Shown here: one piece after another, positions 19,952 to 29,219 of the stretch
Position numbering within the stretch: the first letter of the stretch is position 1
Layout of the letters: every line of letters begins with the position of its first letter
DNA from: Candidatus Nitrosotenuis sp.
Lineage (GTDB): Archaea > Thermoproteota > Nitrososphaeria > Nitrososphaerales > Nitrosopumilaceae
DNA: 64,000 nucleotides
Assembly (NCBI GenBank): GCA_016844685.1
Contig: JAENJF010000001.1
Coordinates: 2,205 to 66,204, forward strand
Reading direction: 5' to 3'
The notes under the pieces: generated by a model
The model's database searches: none
The model's input: only the letters and a program-made list of their open reading frames with translations
Told to the model about the DNA's origin: nothing
Position numbers and translations under genes: made by a program

Positions 19952-20431
19952 CTATTCTGATATTATGACCTTTGACATTTGTACGTCTTGTAGAGGACAG
20001 TCATTCCTATCACGTGGTTGGCTGACTATGGCATCTGCTACATTCATTCCCTCAATTACTTCTCCAAATACAGTATACTGTCTGTCAAGGAATGTGCTGT
20101 CGGTCGTAACTATGAAGAATTGTGAGCCTGCACTGTTCGGATCCGTTGCTCTTGCCATTGAGACTATTCCGCGTAAGTGTGAACGGGAATTGAATTCGGC
20201 CTTTATTGTATAGCCAGGACCGCCAAGTCCCCACTTGCTCTTGTCTGCCCCTTTGGTATTTGGGTCTCCCCCCTGAATCATAAAACTTGGAATGACTCTG
20301 TGGAATAATGCTCCGGTATAAAATCCAGATTCAGCAAGCTTGGCAAAATTCCTAACGGTTTCTGGGGCGAGTTCAGGCAACAGTTTAAATACAATTTTTC
20401 CAAATTTGGTTTCTATTGTTACCTTTGCCAA
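19952..20431 (-). CDS. cyclophilin-type peptidyl-prolyl isomerase
   Basis: FHRVIPSFMIQGGDP, SMARA.DPNSAGSQFFI, YTVFG. Confidence 0.95.
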   Translation of the reverse strand: MAKVTIETKFGKIVFKLLPELAPETVRNFAKLAESGFYTGALFHRVIPSFMIQGGDPNTKGADKSKWGLGGPGYTIKAEFNSRSHLRGIVSMARATDPNSAGSQFFIVTTDSTFLDRQYTVFGEVIEGMNVADAIVSQPRDRNDCPLQDVQMSKVIISE

Positions 20432-20685
20432 ACAATGGCAGACTCCGTTCTTATCATAAGAGTCTTACTATTTTTAGTCAAGTAATTCAAGCCAGATTGT
20501 AATTATTACAAAGTTTTGTTTGTTTGAATTTTATTTTTAGTTCTCAATTGCGGAATTCTCCTTTTGAAATTAAAAGTGAATTTAGAATTATTAAACAATA
20601 TAAGAATTTTTTGAGGTGGGAATGCAACTCTAATGTTTGTTTGAAAAAGTTATAGTCTTATATAGAACGAAAAAAATTACAGATT

Positions 20686-20922
20686 GTGAATCGCACAAAT
20701 CAAAGCACCGTCATTAAACAAGCAATCAATTCTTATCTTGAAAAGGGGTTAACTGACAAGCAGGACATTTACTCCAAGGTTGTTGATGAGCTTGGCGTTC
20801 CACGACCTACAGTACGAAGAGTAGCAAGAGATCTCAGAAACGAACTATTGACAAAAATTAAAATTTTACAATCAGAGATCCCACAACTGGAATCTGCTGT
20901 AAAGCAAGAAAAAGACGAATAA
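20686..20922 (+). CDS. small HTH-like hypothetical protein
   Basis: IYSKVVDELGVPRPTVRRVARDL helix-turn-helix-like pattern. Confidence 0.65.
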   Translation: MNRTNQSTVIKQAINSYLEKGLTDKQDIYSKVVDELGVPRPTVRRVARDLRNELLTKIKILQSEIPQLESAVKQEKDE

Positions 20923-20999
20923 ACTTCGCTTATCTTTTCTTTTATTATCAAATTTCAAAATCAAGCATTACTGTTATATTTGATAGGGTTTTCACATAA

Positions 21000-21326
21000 G
21001 CATGGGTTATCTGGTTTATTTGCTGGATTGCACAAAAAAGTGCAGATTATATCCACAAACATGGTAATTCTGAAAAAAAAAGCTCAACTAACATAGCTCA
21101 CAAATCACATACAGTACAAGCTAAAACAGCAACAAATGATGAATTAATCAAGGCCAAGACTACGTTTACTGTTGAATTAAGTGAATTACGCGATACTGTA
21201 AAGCTCAAGGACAGCGAAATTGATCGATTAAAGCAACAGATCGCAAGTCTAGAAACCCTAGTTCAAATTGAGGCACTCAAGGCAGAACTTGCAAACCTCA
21301 AAGTTCTTGCAAAGGAAAGGGCCTAG
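21000..21326 (+). pseudogene. 108-codon open frame without a canonical start (hydrophobic N-terminus + coiled coil); disrupted gene or non-canonical start
   Basis: Frame after TAA 20997-20999 reads AWVIWFICWIAQKSADYIHKHG...ELSELRDTVKLKDSEIDRLKQQIASLETLVQIEALKAELANLK. Confidence 0.55.
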
Positions 21327-21436
21327 CTGCAGTGCTTGCAAACATGTGATTTATGATTTTGTTTACATCCTGGACAACTTACTGCGCCGCCAAAGTGGCA
21401 TTTGCACACACATCCATCATTTAGATCTTGATCCAT
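21323..21436 (-). CDS. metallothionein-like peptide (37 aa; not in ORF track)
   Basis: Hand translation MDQDLNDGCVCKCHFGGAVSCPGCKQNHKSHVCKHCS: 7 Cys and 4 His. Confidence 0.6.
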   Translation of the reverse strand: MDQDLNDGCVCKCHFGGAVSCPGCKQNHKSHVCKHCS

Positions 21437-21492
21437 TAACACGTGTAATTGATACGTCATGTTAATATTTGACTATTTCATGATCACATCTA

Positions 21493-21909
21493 ATGTTTCT
21501 AAACATAGTCATTGCAAGCTTGGCAATGGTTGCAGTTTTTTCAGCAGTCTCTCCTTCATTTGCTGAAAGCGTCGATACTCAGACAACGATAACTCCAATC
21601 AATTCGTCAGTTGGACTTGAAAAGACAATTGTACCTTTTCATACACCAAAAGAAAACAAATTACCGTGGGGTTTTGTTGAAGGAAAAATAGCAAATCCCG
21701 TTGAGGGACATCCAGTTATCATACAGATTTACAAGGTAGACGAGGCAGTTCATTTTGCCCAAACCAACGTTCACAAGGATGGCTCATATGAATACAAGTT
21801 TAGGGTAAGAGATATGACAAACGACATAGTTACCAAAGTCTTCGAAGGTGATTATACTGTCAAAATATTCAAAGTGGTGTATTTGGATAAAAGCACTACT
21901 TTTGCCTAG
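21493..21909 (+). CDS. secreted hypothetical protein
   Basis: Signal peptide ending SPSFA; beta-rich mature part. Confidence 0.75.
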   Translation: MFLNIVIASLAMVAVFSAVSPSFAESVDTQTTITPINSSVGLEKTIVPFHTPKENKLPWGFVEGKIANPVEGHPVIIQIYKVDEAVHFAQTNVHKDGSYEYKFRVRDMTNDIVTKVFEGDYTVKIFKVVYLDKSTTFA

Positions 21910-22417
21910 AGGCAAGCAGCATCGTTTCATCAACCAGTTCTTTTAGTCTTGTTTTTTCATTTTCGCCAATTTGGTCGTCCTTTATCACATCAGCAGTCAT
22001 AAAAACGGCTTTTGGGTTGGTAACTACCCTAAAGTAGTTCATTAGTTGTGTCAGCAGTGTTTGAACATCGATAAAGCCAATGTTTCCTGATGCAAGTATT
22101 GCTAGGCCTGCAGTTTTTCCTGCTGTGCTTTTGTAATTGATGAACTCAAAGAGATTTTTTAGTGCGGCGCTGAAAAATGAGTTATAAATCGGCGTGCCAA
22201 TAATCCATACATCTGCATCTGTGATATCTTTTGCAGCTTGAAGTGTTGTTTGGTTATAATTGTCATTTGATCCACGATAATAATCGATTCCACCTTCGGA
22301 TAGATTGATGAATTTTGTGTCTTGATTCTTTGATTTGGTATAATCATAAACATATTTCATCATAACTTGGGTGTTTGCAGCTTTTCTTGGGCTTCCAGAT
22401 ATTACTACGATTTTCAC
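21896..22417 (-). CDS. NADPH-dependent FMN reductase
   Basis: ISGSPRK..NT, GTPIYN...SAALKN. Confidence 0.9.
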   Translation of the reverse strand: MKIVVISGSPRKAANTQVMMKYVYDYTKSKNQDTKFINLSEGGIDYYRGSNDNYNQTTLQAAKDITDADVWIIGTPIYNSFFSAALKNLFEFINYKSTAGKTAGLAILASGNIGFIDVQTLLTQLMNYFRVVTNPKAVFMTADVIKDDQIGENEKTRLKELVDETMLLASRQK

Positions 22418-22490
22418 GTTTTTTTGTTGACTGTTCTGTATTTAAATTAAAATAACAGGCTCTGTCAAATAACATTTGAAAAAAATAAGG

Positions 22491-22584
22491 CGGGCTTGGA
22501 GGGCTTCGATCCCTCGACCTGCAACTTAGGAGGCTGCCGCGCTATCCATGTTTCGCGTCATAATTGACTCTGCGCTACAAGCCC
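22491..22584 (-). tRNA. tRNA-Arg(CCT) with a 19-nt non-canonical D-loop intron (about 22551-22569)
   Basis: Acceptor GGGCTTG/CAAGCCC, D stem GCGC/GCGC, anticodon arm GCAGC-CTCCTAA-GTTGC, T arm GAGGG-ATCGAAG-CCCTC; 94 nt, 75 nt after removing the insert. Confidence 0.88.
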
Positions 22585-22604
22585 AGCCAGAAACTGCAAA
22601 GTAA

Positions 22605-23321
22605 TTATTTAAAAGCGTAGTCAAGATTTGTTCTGATTAATTCGTGGATTTGGCTCCAATTGGGCGTGTTTTGAGTTTGTCCCCATCTCTCAAAGTATAC
22701 AACATCTTTTAGCTCTAATCGTGGCAGCCATTTTACAGCTTCCAGATCAGGTTTTTCTGCAAATTCTTCCACATGACCCAAACACAGGTATGCTATTGGG
22801 ATGATATGATCAGGCAACTCAAGTGCCTGCTTTAGCGTGTCATTAGAAAGAATGCTCACCCAACCTACTCCTATCTCTTCTGATCTTGCAGCAAGCCAGA
22901 GGTTCTGCACGGCACAGCAAACACTGTAAATTCCAGTTTCAGGTATGCTTGATCTTCCAATCACAAACGGTCCAAATCTTGTTGGATCATAAGTAATGCA
23001 AATGTTAACATCTGATTCTAAAATTCCTTCTAGTTTTAGGGAAATGTATTTTTCTTTTTTTGAATCATCAACTTGGTTTGTGGATCTGTTTTTTTCCTCT
23101 TCAAATGATTTTTTCACTTTTATTTTTGTTTGGGAATCTCTTATCAGAATAAAGTTCCACGGTTGAGAGAACCCTACAGACGGTGCATGGTGCGCCGCAT
23201 TTAGAATTCGTGTCAAGATCTCATCGTCTATTGGTTTTGAGTTAAAATGGGAACGAACATCCCTTCTTGTGTAAATTGCCTTGTACAGGCCAGATTTTTC
23301 TTGGTTTGAAAACGTGGTCAT
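22605..23321 (-). CDS. bluB: 5,6-dimethylbenzimidazole synthase
   Basis: RRDVR, AAHHAPSVGFSQPWNF, LKLEGI, CAVQNLWLAARSE.IGVGWVSI. Confidence 0.93.
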   Translation of the reverse strand: MTTFSNQEKSGLYKAIYTRRDVRSHFNSKPIDDEILTRILNAAHHAPSVGFSQPWNFILIRDSQTKIKVKKSFEEEKNRSTNQVDDSKKEKYISLKLEGILESDVNICITYDPTRFGPFVIGRSSIPETGIYSVCCAVQNLWLAARSEEIGVGWVSILSNDTLKQALELPDHIIPIAYLCLGHVEEFAEKPDLEAVKWLPRLELKDVVYFERWGQTQNTPNWSQIHELIRTNLDYAFK

Positions 23322-23387
23322 TTTAATCTAGTTTGTTCCTTCTTGTTTAAAGATTAATAATGTAGACATCAGATTCTGTACTTCATT

Positions 23388-23461
23388 GGGCCGGTAGTCT
23401 AGTTGGTTAGGATACCGCCTCGACACGGCGGTGATCGAGAGTTCGAATCTCTCTCGGCCCA
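23388..23461 (+). tRNA. tRNA-Val(GAC)
   Basis: GGGCCGG/TCGGCCC acceptor, CCGCC-TCGACAC-GGCGG anticodon arm, GAGAG-TTCGAAT-CTCTC T arm. Confidence 0.92.
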
Positions 23462-23492
23462 CTAAATAATCACCACAAATTTTGCGTTTCGT

Positions 23493-23984
23493 TTACTGTG
23501 AGGTTTCAAATTCCTTTTCTACTAGGCTAAATGCTGATTCAACAGTCATTTTGCCTTTCGCATTAAATTTTAGCTCCTGACCGTTGATTATTGAATTGTA
23601 TTCATCAGCAATATTATCAGAAAAAGTCAAGTAAAAAGTGGTTGGCAGTTCTATTTGTCCATTAGGAATGAATAGTGCTCGTCCTGGGAGAGCAATGTCT
23701 TCAGTTGAGTACGCTCCTCTTCCAAGAGATTTGCCATTTGCAGATAACTCATAATCTATGTTTGATACCGTGAATGTTTTTTCACCTGGATTTTTTATTA
23801 GAAAACTAACTTCTAGGCTGGCTCGGTTGTCAATTGTGTTTGTGTTTACAACTTTGACAGTGGTTAGTTGGATTTCTGCCATACCAAGCTGCGGATTATC
23901 AAGACTTGCATACCAAATAATTCCTCCAAGCATGGCCAAGAGTCCTGCTATTGCCACATAAATTATGCCTCTTCCCTGGATCAA
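23493..23984 (-). CDS. membrane-anchored LEA_2/WHy-like protein
   Basis: N-terminal TM; FLIKNP...TVSNIDYELSANGKSLGRG. Confidence 0.75.
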   Translation of the reverse strand: MIQGRGIIYVAIAGLLAMLGGIIWYASLDNPQLGMAEIQLTTVKVVNTNTIDNRASLEVSFLIKNPGEKTFTVSNIDYELSANGKSLGRGAYSTEDIALPGRALFIPNGQIELPTTFYLTFSDNIADEYNSIINGQELKFNAKGKMTVESAFSLVEKEFETSQ

Positions 23985-24039
23985 TCATTTGTACCAAAAT
24001 ATTACAACTAAAAAATGTATTCAGCCAAATAGATAATAT

Positions 24040-24558
24040 TTGTACACGAATTCATCAACCATGATGGCAATAGAACAAGCTGTCATTACATGGATTCACT
24101 TAGTAGCTTCTGCCGTTTGGGTTGGAGGCTCTTTGTTTATTGCAATGGTTTTTGCCCCAGTCTTAAAGACAATGTCTTCATCGGTAGAAGATAGACTGCA
24201 AATTATGATAAGAGTTGGAAGGAAGTTCAACAGAATTGCAATTCCATCGTTGATGATTTTGATTGCAACTGGAATCTTTAATGCGCATCAGATGCTGATT
24301 AAGCCAGATTTTTTATTTTCAACTAGCTATGGTGTGCTTCTTGTCATCAAGATAGTTTTTGTTGTGGGTTTGCTCGTAGCATTTGGGATTCACGTCAGAA
24401 TAATTAGAAAGGAAGTAGAACAAAAAATAACTGAAAAACAGTTGTCTGATTCCCAAATTACAAGATTACGCACAAAAATAATAATTGTAGGCCAGGTAAC
24501 AGTAATTCTTTCTGTTGCGATTTTATTTATGGCTGCATTATTGGATGCAGGAATTTGA
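24040..24558 (+). CDS. CopD-family membrane protein
   Basis: WIHLVASAVWVGG, ATGIFN, YGVLLVIKI. Confidence 0.82.
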   Translation: MYTNSSTMMAIEQAVITWIHLVASAVWVGGSLFIAMVFAPVLKTMSSSVEDRLQIMIRVGRKFNRIAIPSLMILIATGIFNAHQMLIKPDFLFSTSYGVLLVIKIVFVVGLLVAFGIHVRIIRKEVEQKITEKQLSDSQITRLRTKIIIVGQVTVILSVAILFMAALLDAGI

Positions 24559-25566
24559 GTTTCCTTGGATTCTTATTTCATAACCACCATCAATTTTGCC
24601 AATGCCGTATTTGCACCCGGTAATTTTTGACGTGATGTAGAGATTTGTTTGCAGATGTTGTGAAATTTCCCTTACTGTAAAAACAGATGTTTCAGTTATC
24701 AGGCTTAGTGGCACTACTAACATATCAGCTAAATTGTTGTCAACACCAAAATTAGATTCTTGGAAGTTATTGAGACATTTTTTGCCAAAAACATCTTTGT
24801 TTTTAAAATCTAGTAATTCGTCTGCACCGTTAACCGATGTAGAATCATGACTAAAAATAACTAGTGATGCACCTTGGTTTTGCGCAGACTGTTCGTTAAT
24901 TTGAGATTCGATGGAAAACCCATTTTTCTTCAAAGTATTATTTGCATTATTCACGTATAATGTAATATCAGATATTCCAGAATGTGAGCAAAATAATTTT
25001 GTGTCCTTTGTGTTTCGTTTTGTCAGAAATATTGGATTTAGTTTTTTTGACGGATATACTGTGACGTCAACTATTCCGCCGCCTTTTGGATAGTATCCGC
25101 GCTTTTGTATCTCCATTGAAAAATCAATTCCTATTCTTGAGAATGCTTCTTTCAATACATGCTTTGTATAATTACCAGTTGGGCTCCATAGTACGTCTGT
25201 TCCTCCAGTGATAGATAGTTCTAGTTTCTTTTTTGCAAGTGCGACTGCAGGTATCAATACTTGTAAGATTAAAGAGATGCTTCCAGCTGTTCCGACATTT
25301 TCATGTAAAGAAATATCATGTATTTGATTTGGATAAAATTTGATCATGGAAGAACCTATTTGTAATCCCTCTACACTTGCATTGCAAATTTTTGCAAGCA
25401 ATTTTACAGCTGTTAGGTGTTGTGCCCTCAGTCCAGGTATCTTACGGTTTTTGCGAATGTTTTCAATCTGGACTGGTCTTCCTGTTATTGACGATAGTGT
25501 TATTGCGCTGCGGAGAATTTGCCCGCCCCCCTCCCTATGTGAGCCATCAATTTTCAAGATTTCCAT
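24538..25566 (-). CDS. rtcA: RNA 3'-terminal phosphate cyclase
   Basis: DGS..EGGGQILR, PGLRAQHL, GGTDV, RGYYPKGGG, catalytic HLQTN. Confidence 0.93.
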   Translation of the reverse strand: MEILKIDGSHREGGGQILRSAITLSSITGRPVQIENIRKNRKIPGLRAQHLTAVKLLAKICNASVEGLQIGSSMIKFYPNQIHDISLHENVGTAGSISLILQVLIPAVALAKKKLELSITGGTDVLWSPTGNYTKHVLKEAFSRIGIDFSMEIQKRGYYPKGGGIVDVTVYPSKKLNPIFLTKRNTKDTKLFCSHSGISDITLYVNNANNTLKKNGFSIESQINEQSAQNQGASLVIFSHDSTSVNGADELLDFKNKDVFGKKCLNNFQESNFGVDNNLADMLVVPLSLITETSVFTVREISQHLQTNLYITSKITGCKYGIGKIDGGYEIRIQGNSNSCIQ

Positions 25567-25626
25567 GAGTTCGTTCCAGCTTAACTGCTTATGATAGTTT
25601 TTATGTAAACTAGAAAAAATAGAAAT

Positions 25627-26121
25627 GTGATTGGCCTCTTAATAGGAAGATTTCAGCCGTTTCATCTTGGCCATTTGGATGCAGTCAAATTTGCATTATC
25701 AAGTGTGGACGAATTATTGATTGGAATAGGAAGTTCTAACAAATTCAGCGAAAAAAGAAATCCGTTTTCTGCCGATGAAAGAAAAGAGATGATAGAGTCG
25801 TCTCTTGATGAATCCACACTTGGAAAAATAAAGATTTACTATATTCCAGATGTGAATGATCATGACAAATGGACATACCACATAGATGAGATAGTTCCAA
25901 AATATGACGTGGTGTTTTCAAATGATGAATTTACGCATACGCTTTTTGGCAAACGCGGGATCAAGGTAATTTCGGTTCCCCTAAAGCAGAGAGAGATTAT
26001 GTCTGGCACTGACATTCGAGTTAAAATTAGAGATGATCAAGGCTGGTCCGGGTTAGTGCCAGATGGTACAAAGAAAGTGTTGTTAAAGATCAACGCCAAG
26101 GACAGATTAACTAATCTTTAA
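25627..26121 (+). CDS. nadM: nicotinamide-nucleotide adenylyltransferase
   Basis: GRFQPFHLGH, NPFSADER, SGTDIR. Confidence 0.92.
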   Translation: MIGLLIGRFQPFHLGHLDAVKFALSSVDELLIGIGSSNKFSEKRNPFSADERKEMIESSLDESTLGKIKIYYIPDVNDHDKWTYHIDEIVPKYDVVFSNDEFTHTLFGKRGIKVISVPLKQREIMSGTDIRVKIRDDQGWSGLVPDGTKKVLLKINAKDRLTNL

Positions 26122-26163
26122 TTATAAATAAAGCCACTAAAACATCCCTTCAGGCGAAATTAT

Positions 26164-27306
26164 TTGGAATATTTGGTCATGTTACCTGGTCCAACAAATG
26201 TACCAGAAAGAGTAATGCGTTCAATGATCACTCCCATGATAAATCACAGGAGTGACGACTTTGTTGAATTATATGAAGATGCAGTAGAGAAAACAAAAAA
26301 AGTATTTCAGACGGATGGCGAGGCAGTTTGTCTATCTGCATCTGGTACTGGTGCCGTTGAGGCAAGTGTCATAAATTTAATCAAAAAGGGCGACAAGGTG
26401 ATAATTCCTGTCAACGGAGAATTCAGCGGTAGACTTTCCCAGATGTTAGAGTGGGCTGGCGCAAACGTAGTAAAACTAGAAACCACGCCTGGGCAAAACG
26501 CAACTTTTGAAGATGTAAAGGCTGCATTTGACAATAACAAGGATGTCAAGGCTTTCTATTGTGTGTGGAATGAAACCTCCACGGGAACCATGATAAAGTA
26601 TCTAGACAGGATAAAGGATCTTACTTCACGTAATGACTCTTACTATGTTGTGGATGGTGTTTCAATTGTAGGAGGAGAGGAGCTGTATGTTGACAGGTGG
26701 GGAATTGATGTTTGTATGACAGGTGCACAAAAAGCATTTGCTGCACCACCTGGAATTTCACCAATTGTAGTAAACAAGAGAGCAAAAAAATACATGATGG
26801 AGAATCCTCCAAATACAATGTACTTTAATTTATCAAGATATTTCAAATACTATGAAGAGTCAAAGCACACTCCGTTTACTCCGGCACTCCCATTACTGTA
26901 TGCATATAGAGAGGCACTGAGCATGATTTTAGAAGAGGGATTAGATGCACGAATAAGACGCCATAGAATTTGCTCCCAAGCATTATACTCAGGACTTAGT
27001 GCGATTGGATTTACTCCTTTTGCAAAAGAAGATGCCCGTTCAACAGTGGTTGTTGCATTGAATTACTTGGAAGGATTAGAGGATAAAAAATTTAGAAACA
27101 CATTGGCAGAAAAATTCCGCGTACTAGTAGCGGGCGGATTTGGAAATCTAAAAGGCAAAGTATTCAGAGTCGGTTGCATGGGAGAGGTCAACAAATATCA
27201 TATCATGCGAACAATCTCTGCTATCTCATCCACACTTGACATGATGGGTTACAAAACTAATCCAGATGCACTTAGAGTAGCTGAAGAAAAACTAAAACCG
27301 CTTTAA
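26164..27306 (+). CDS. alanine-glyoxylate/serine-pyruvate aminotransferase family (class V)
   Basis: PGPTNVP, NETSTG, VDGVS, GAQKAFAAPPG, FRVGCMG. Confidence 0.92.
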   Translation: MEYLVMLPGPTNVPERVMRSMITPMINHRSDDFVELYEDAVEKTKKVFQTDGEAVCLSASGTGAVEASVINLIKKGDKVIIPVNGEFSGRLSQMLEWAGANVVKLETTPGQNATFEDVKAAFDNNKDVKAFYCVWNETSTGTMIKYLDRIKDLTSRNDSYYVVDGVSIVGGEELYVDRWGIDVCMTGAQKAFAAPPGISPIVVNKRAKKYMMENPPNTMYFNLSRYFKYYEESKHTPFTPALPLLYAYREALSMILEEGLDARIRRHRICSQALYSGLSAIGFTPFAKEDARSTVVVALNYLEGLEDKKFRNTLAEKFRVLVAGGFGNLKGKVFRVGCMGEVNKYHIMRTISAISSTLDMMGYKTNPDALRVAEEKLKPL

Positions 27307-27348
27307 CTCACCTTAACTTAATATAAGGAAATCCGATGACGGATCGCG

Positions 27349-28077
27349 TTGACTTTCACTAAAGGTTCACTTATTCTAATTGATTATACTGCAAAAGTAA
27401 AAGACACGAACGAAATCTTTGAAACAACGGTTGTAGATGAGGCAAAAAAATGCTCTATTTTTGAAGAAAATGCAAAGTATCAACCAAAACTTGTTTCTGT
27501 TGGAGAATCGTGGGTAATCAAAGGATTAGATGATGCGTTAGCAAATACCAAGGCAGGCGACAAACTTACAGTAGATGTTACGCCTGACAAGGGATTTGGT
27601 GAACGCGATCCAGGAAAGGTCAGAATGATTCCATTGCGAAAGCTTGGCGAAGATGCAGAAAAAGTTTCAGTCGGTGATACAATAGAGGTAGACCAAAAGG
27701 TCGGCGTGATTAGATTCATCGGATCTGGTCGAGTTCAAATTGACTATAATCACAGATTTGCCGGAAAGACAATCATCTATGATGTAAATATTATAAAATC
27801 ACTTGAAACTGATGAAGACAAGATCACTGCCATTCTAAAAAGACATCTGCCAGTTGAGGATTCAAAGATAGTATCAAAATTAAACGACAAAGTACTTGAT
27901 GTTACAATACCTGAAGAAATATTTGGTGCCGAAGGCTTGCGAATAATCAAACACTTTACTCAAATTGACATGTTCAAGTTCATACCAAATCTAGAGAAGA
28001 TCAACTTTATTGAAAGTTATATCAATAAAAAGGCAGAAATAAAATCTTCTGAAACAAAAGAAACCAAAGTAGCTTAA
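27349..28077 (+). CDS. archaeal long-type FKBP/SlyD peptidyl-prolyl isomerase
   Basis: IDYTAK, VIKGLDDAL, GFGERDP, DYNHRFAGK. Confidence 0.9.
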   Translation: MTFTKGSLILIDYTAKVKDTNEIFETTVVDEAKKCSIFEENAKYQPKLVSVGESWVIKGLDDALANTKAGDKLTVDVTPDKGFGERDPGKVRMIPLRKLGEDAEKVSVGDTIEVDQKVGVIRFIGSGRVQIDYNHRFAGKTIIYDVNIIKSLETDEDKITAILKRHLPVEDSKIVSKLNDKVLDVTIPEEIFGAEGLRIIKHFTQIDMFKFIPNLEKINFIESYINKKAEIKSSETKETKVA

Positions 28078-29124
28078 TCATATCACATTAGTGCTTTTTG
28101 CAAGATCAAAGGCCCTTTTTTCAGTCATTTGAATTTCTTTTAGAATGGTGTATCTTTCGGGTCTTAGTGACTGTGCAATAACAAGTGCCCTCGTCAGCAT
28201 GTTTTGTGCCAGGCCAATTTCTTTTGCAGTGGTAGGAGCACCAACATTTTTCAAAGTCTTTGTTATTTTTTTCCAATCCTGTCCTTGCAGCTTTGCCATC
28301 ATGATTGCTCCAATTCCACATTTTTCTCCATGAAGTCCTATTCCCGGGGCAATCTTATCTAGTGCGTGGGAAAAGAGATGTTCTGCTCCAGAGCATGGTC
28401 TGCTGCTTCCTGCAATACATGACGCAACTCCTGCACTAATCAATGCCTCAACTATTTCTCTTATGTCTGGAACTTTTTTCTTTTCTGATGCCTCTAGGAG
28501 AATTTTTGCGCTCATCGATGCAAGATTTGCAGAATATCTTCCAAAATATTCTCCTGTTTTGTCTCTCCCAATTTCCCAATCTCGGACTGCTGTGATTTTT
28601 GCAATTAGATCACCGCATCCACTTGCCAAAAGTTTCTTTGGTGCCTTTTTGATTACATCAATATCAACAAAAACGCCAAGCGGTGCAGTTGCCATAACAG
28701 AGTGGGGTTTGTCGCCACGTATGGATACAAAAGGACTTGCAATTCCATCATGTGATGCCGCAGTAGGTACGCTGACAAACGGTTTTCCCAGATTGAATGC
28801 AATCATCTTTGCAATGTCTACTGATCTGCCGCCCCCAATTCCAATAATTAAATTGCTTTTGTCTTTTTTAACATCGTTTTGAATTTGGTCTATTGATGTT
28901 TCGTCGTTGTTATTGGCATTGTGCCAGACACTTTTGATTTCTGCTTTAAGCAATGATTTTTGAAATTTTTTTTGAATTATTTTTTGAACATGCCGGCCAG
29001 AAATTACAGAGACTTTTTTTGGTTTATTTAAGGAATGTAGAAATTTCCCGATGTTTCCGATGTTTTTGTCACCTATCACAATTAATCGTGGTAGCTCCAT
29101 CGTATGAAAGGCAGAGTTGAGCAC
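28078..29124 (-). CDS. egsA: sn-glycerol-1-phosphate dehydrogenase
   Basis: GGGRSVDIAK, PTAASHDGIASP, SRPCSGAEHLFSHALD, HGEKCG. Confidence 0.94.
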   Translation of the reverse strand: MLNSAFHTMELPRLIVIGDKNIGNIGKFLHSLNKPKKVSVISGRHVQKIIQKKFQKSLLKAEIKSVWHNANNNDETSIDQIQNDVKKDKSNLIIGIGGGRSVDIAKMIAFNLGKPFVSVPTAASHDGIASPFVSIRGDKPHSVMATAPLGVFVDIDVIKKAPKKLLASGCGDLIAKITAVRDWEIGRDKTGEYFGRYSANLASMSAKILLEASEKKKVPDIREIVEALISAGVASCIAGSSRPCSGAEHLFSHALDKIAPGIGLHGEKCGIGAIMMAKLQGQDWKKITKTLKNVGAPTTAKEIGLAQNMLTRALVIAQSLRPERYTILKEIQMTEKRAFDLAKSTNVI

Positions 29125-29219
29125 AAATTGTTGATAGTTTCACTCCTTATCAACCTCCCTGCAACAAAAAGTTATTTAAAAGGGTCAAAGCCATTCCAGA
29201 GCATCTAGGAGTATTTTAT

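Noticed and set aside
21268-21465. Track ORF on + (65 aa)
   Set aside because: It overlaps two better-supported frames, 21000-21326(+) and 21323-21436(-)
22491-23461. bluB flanked by two tRNA genes as a possible integrated element
   Set aside because: No integrase, no duplicated tRNA 3' end and no obvious compositional shift
24538-24760. RtcA segment VDNNLAD seemed to lack a His
   Set aside because: The catalytic His is the one in the downstream HLxTN motif, which is present (SQHLQTN)
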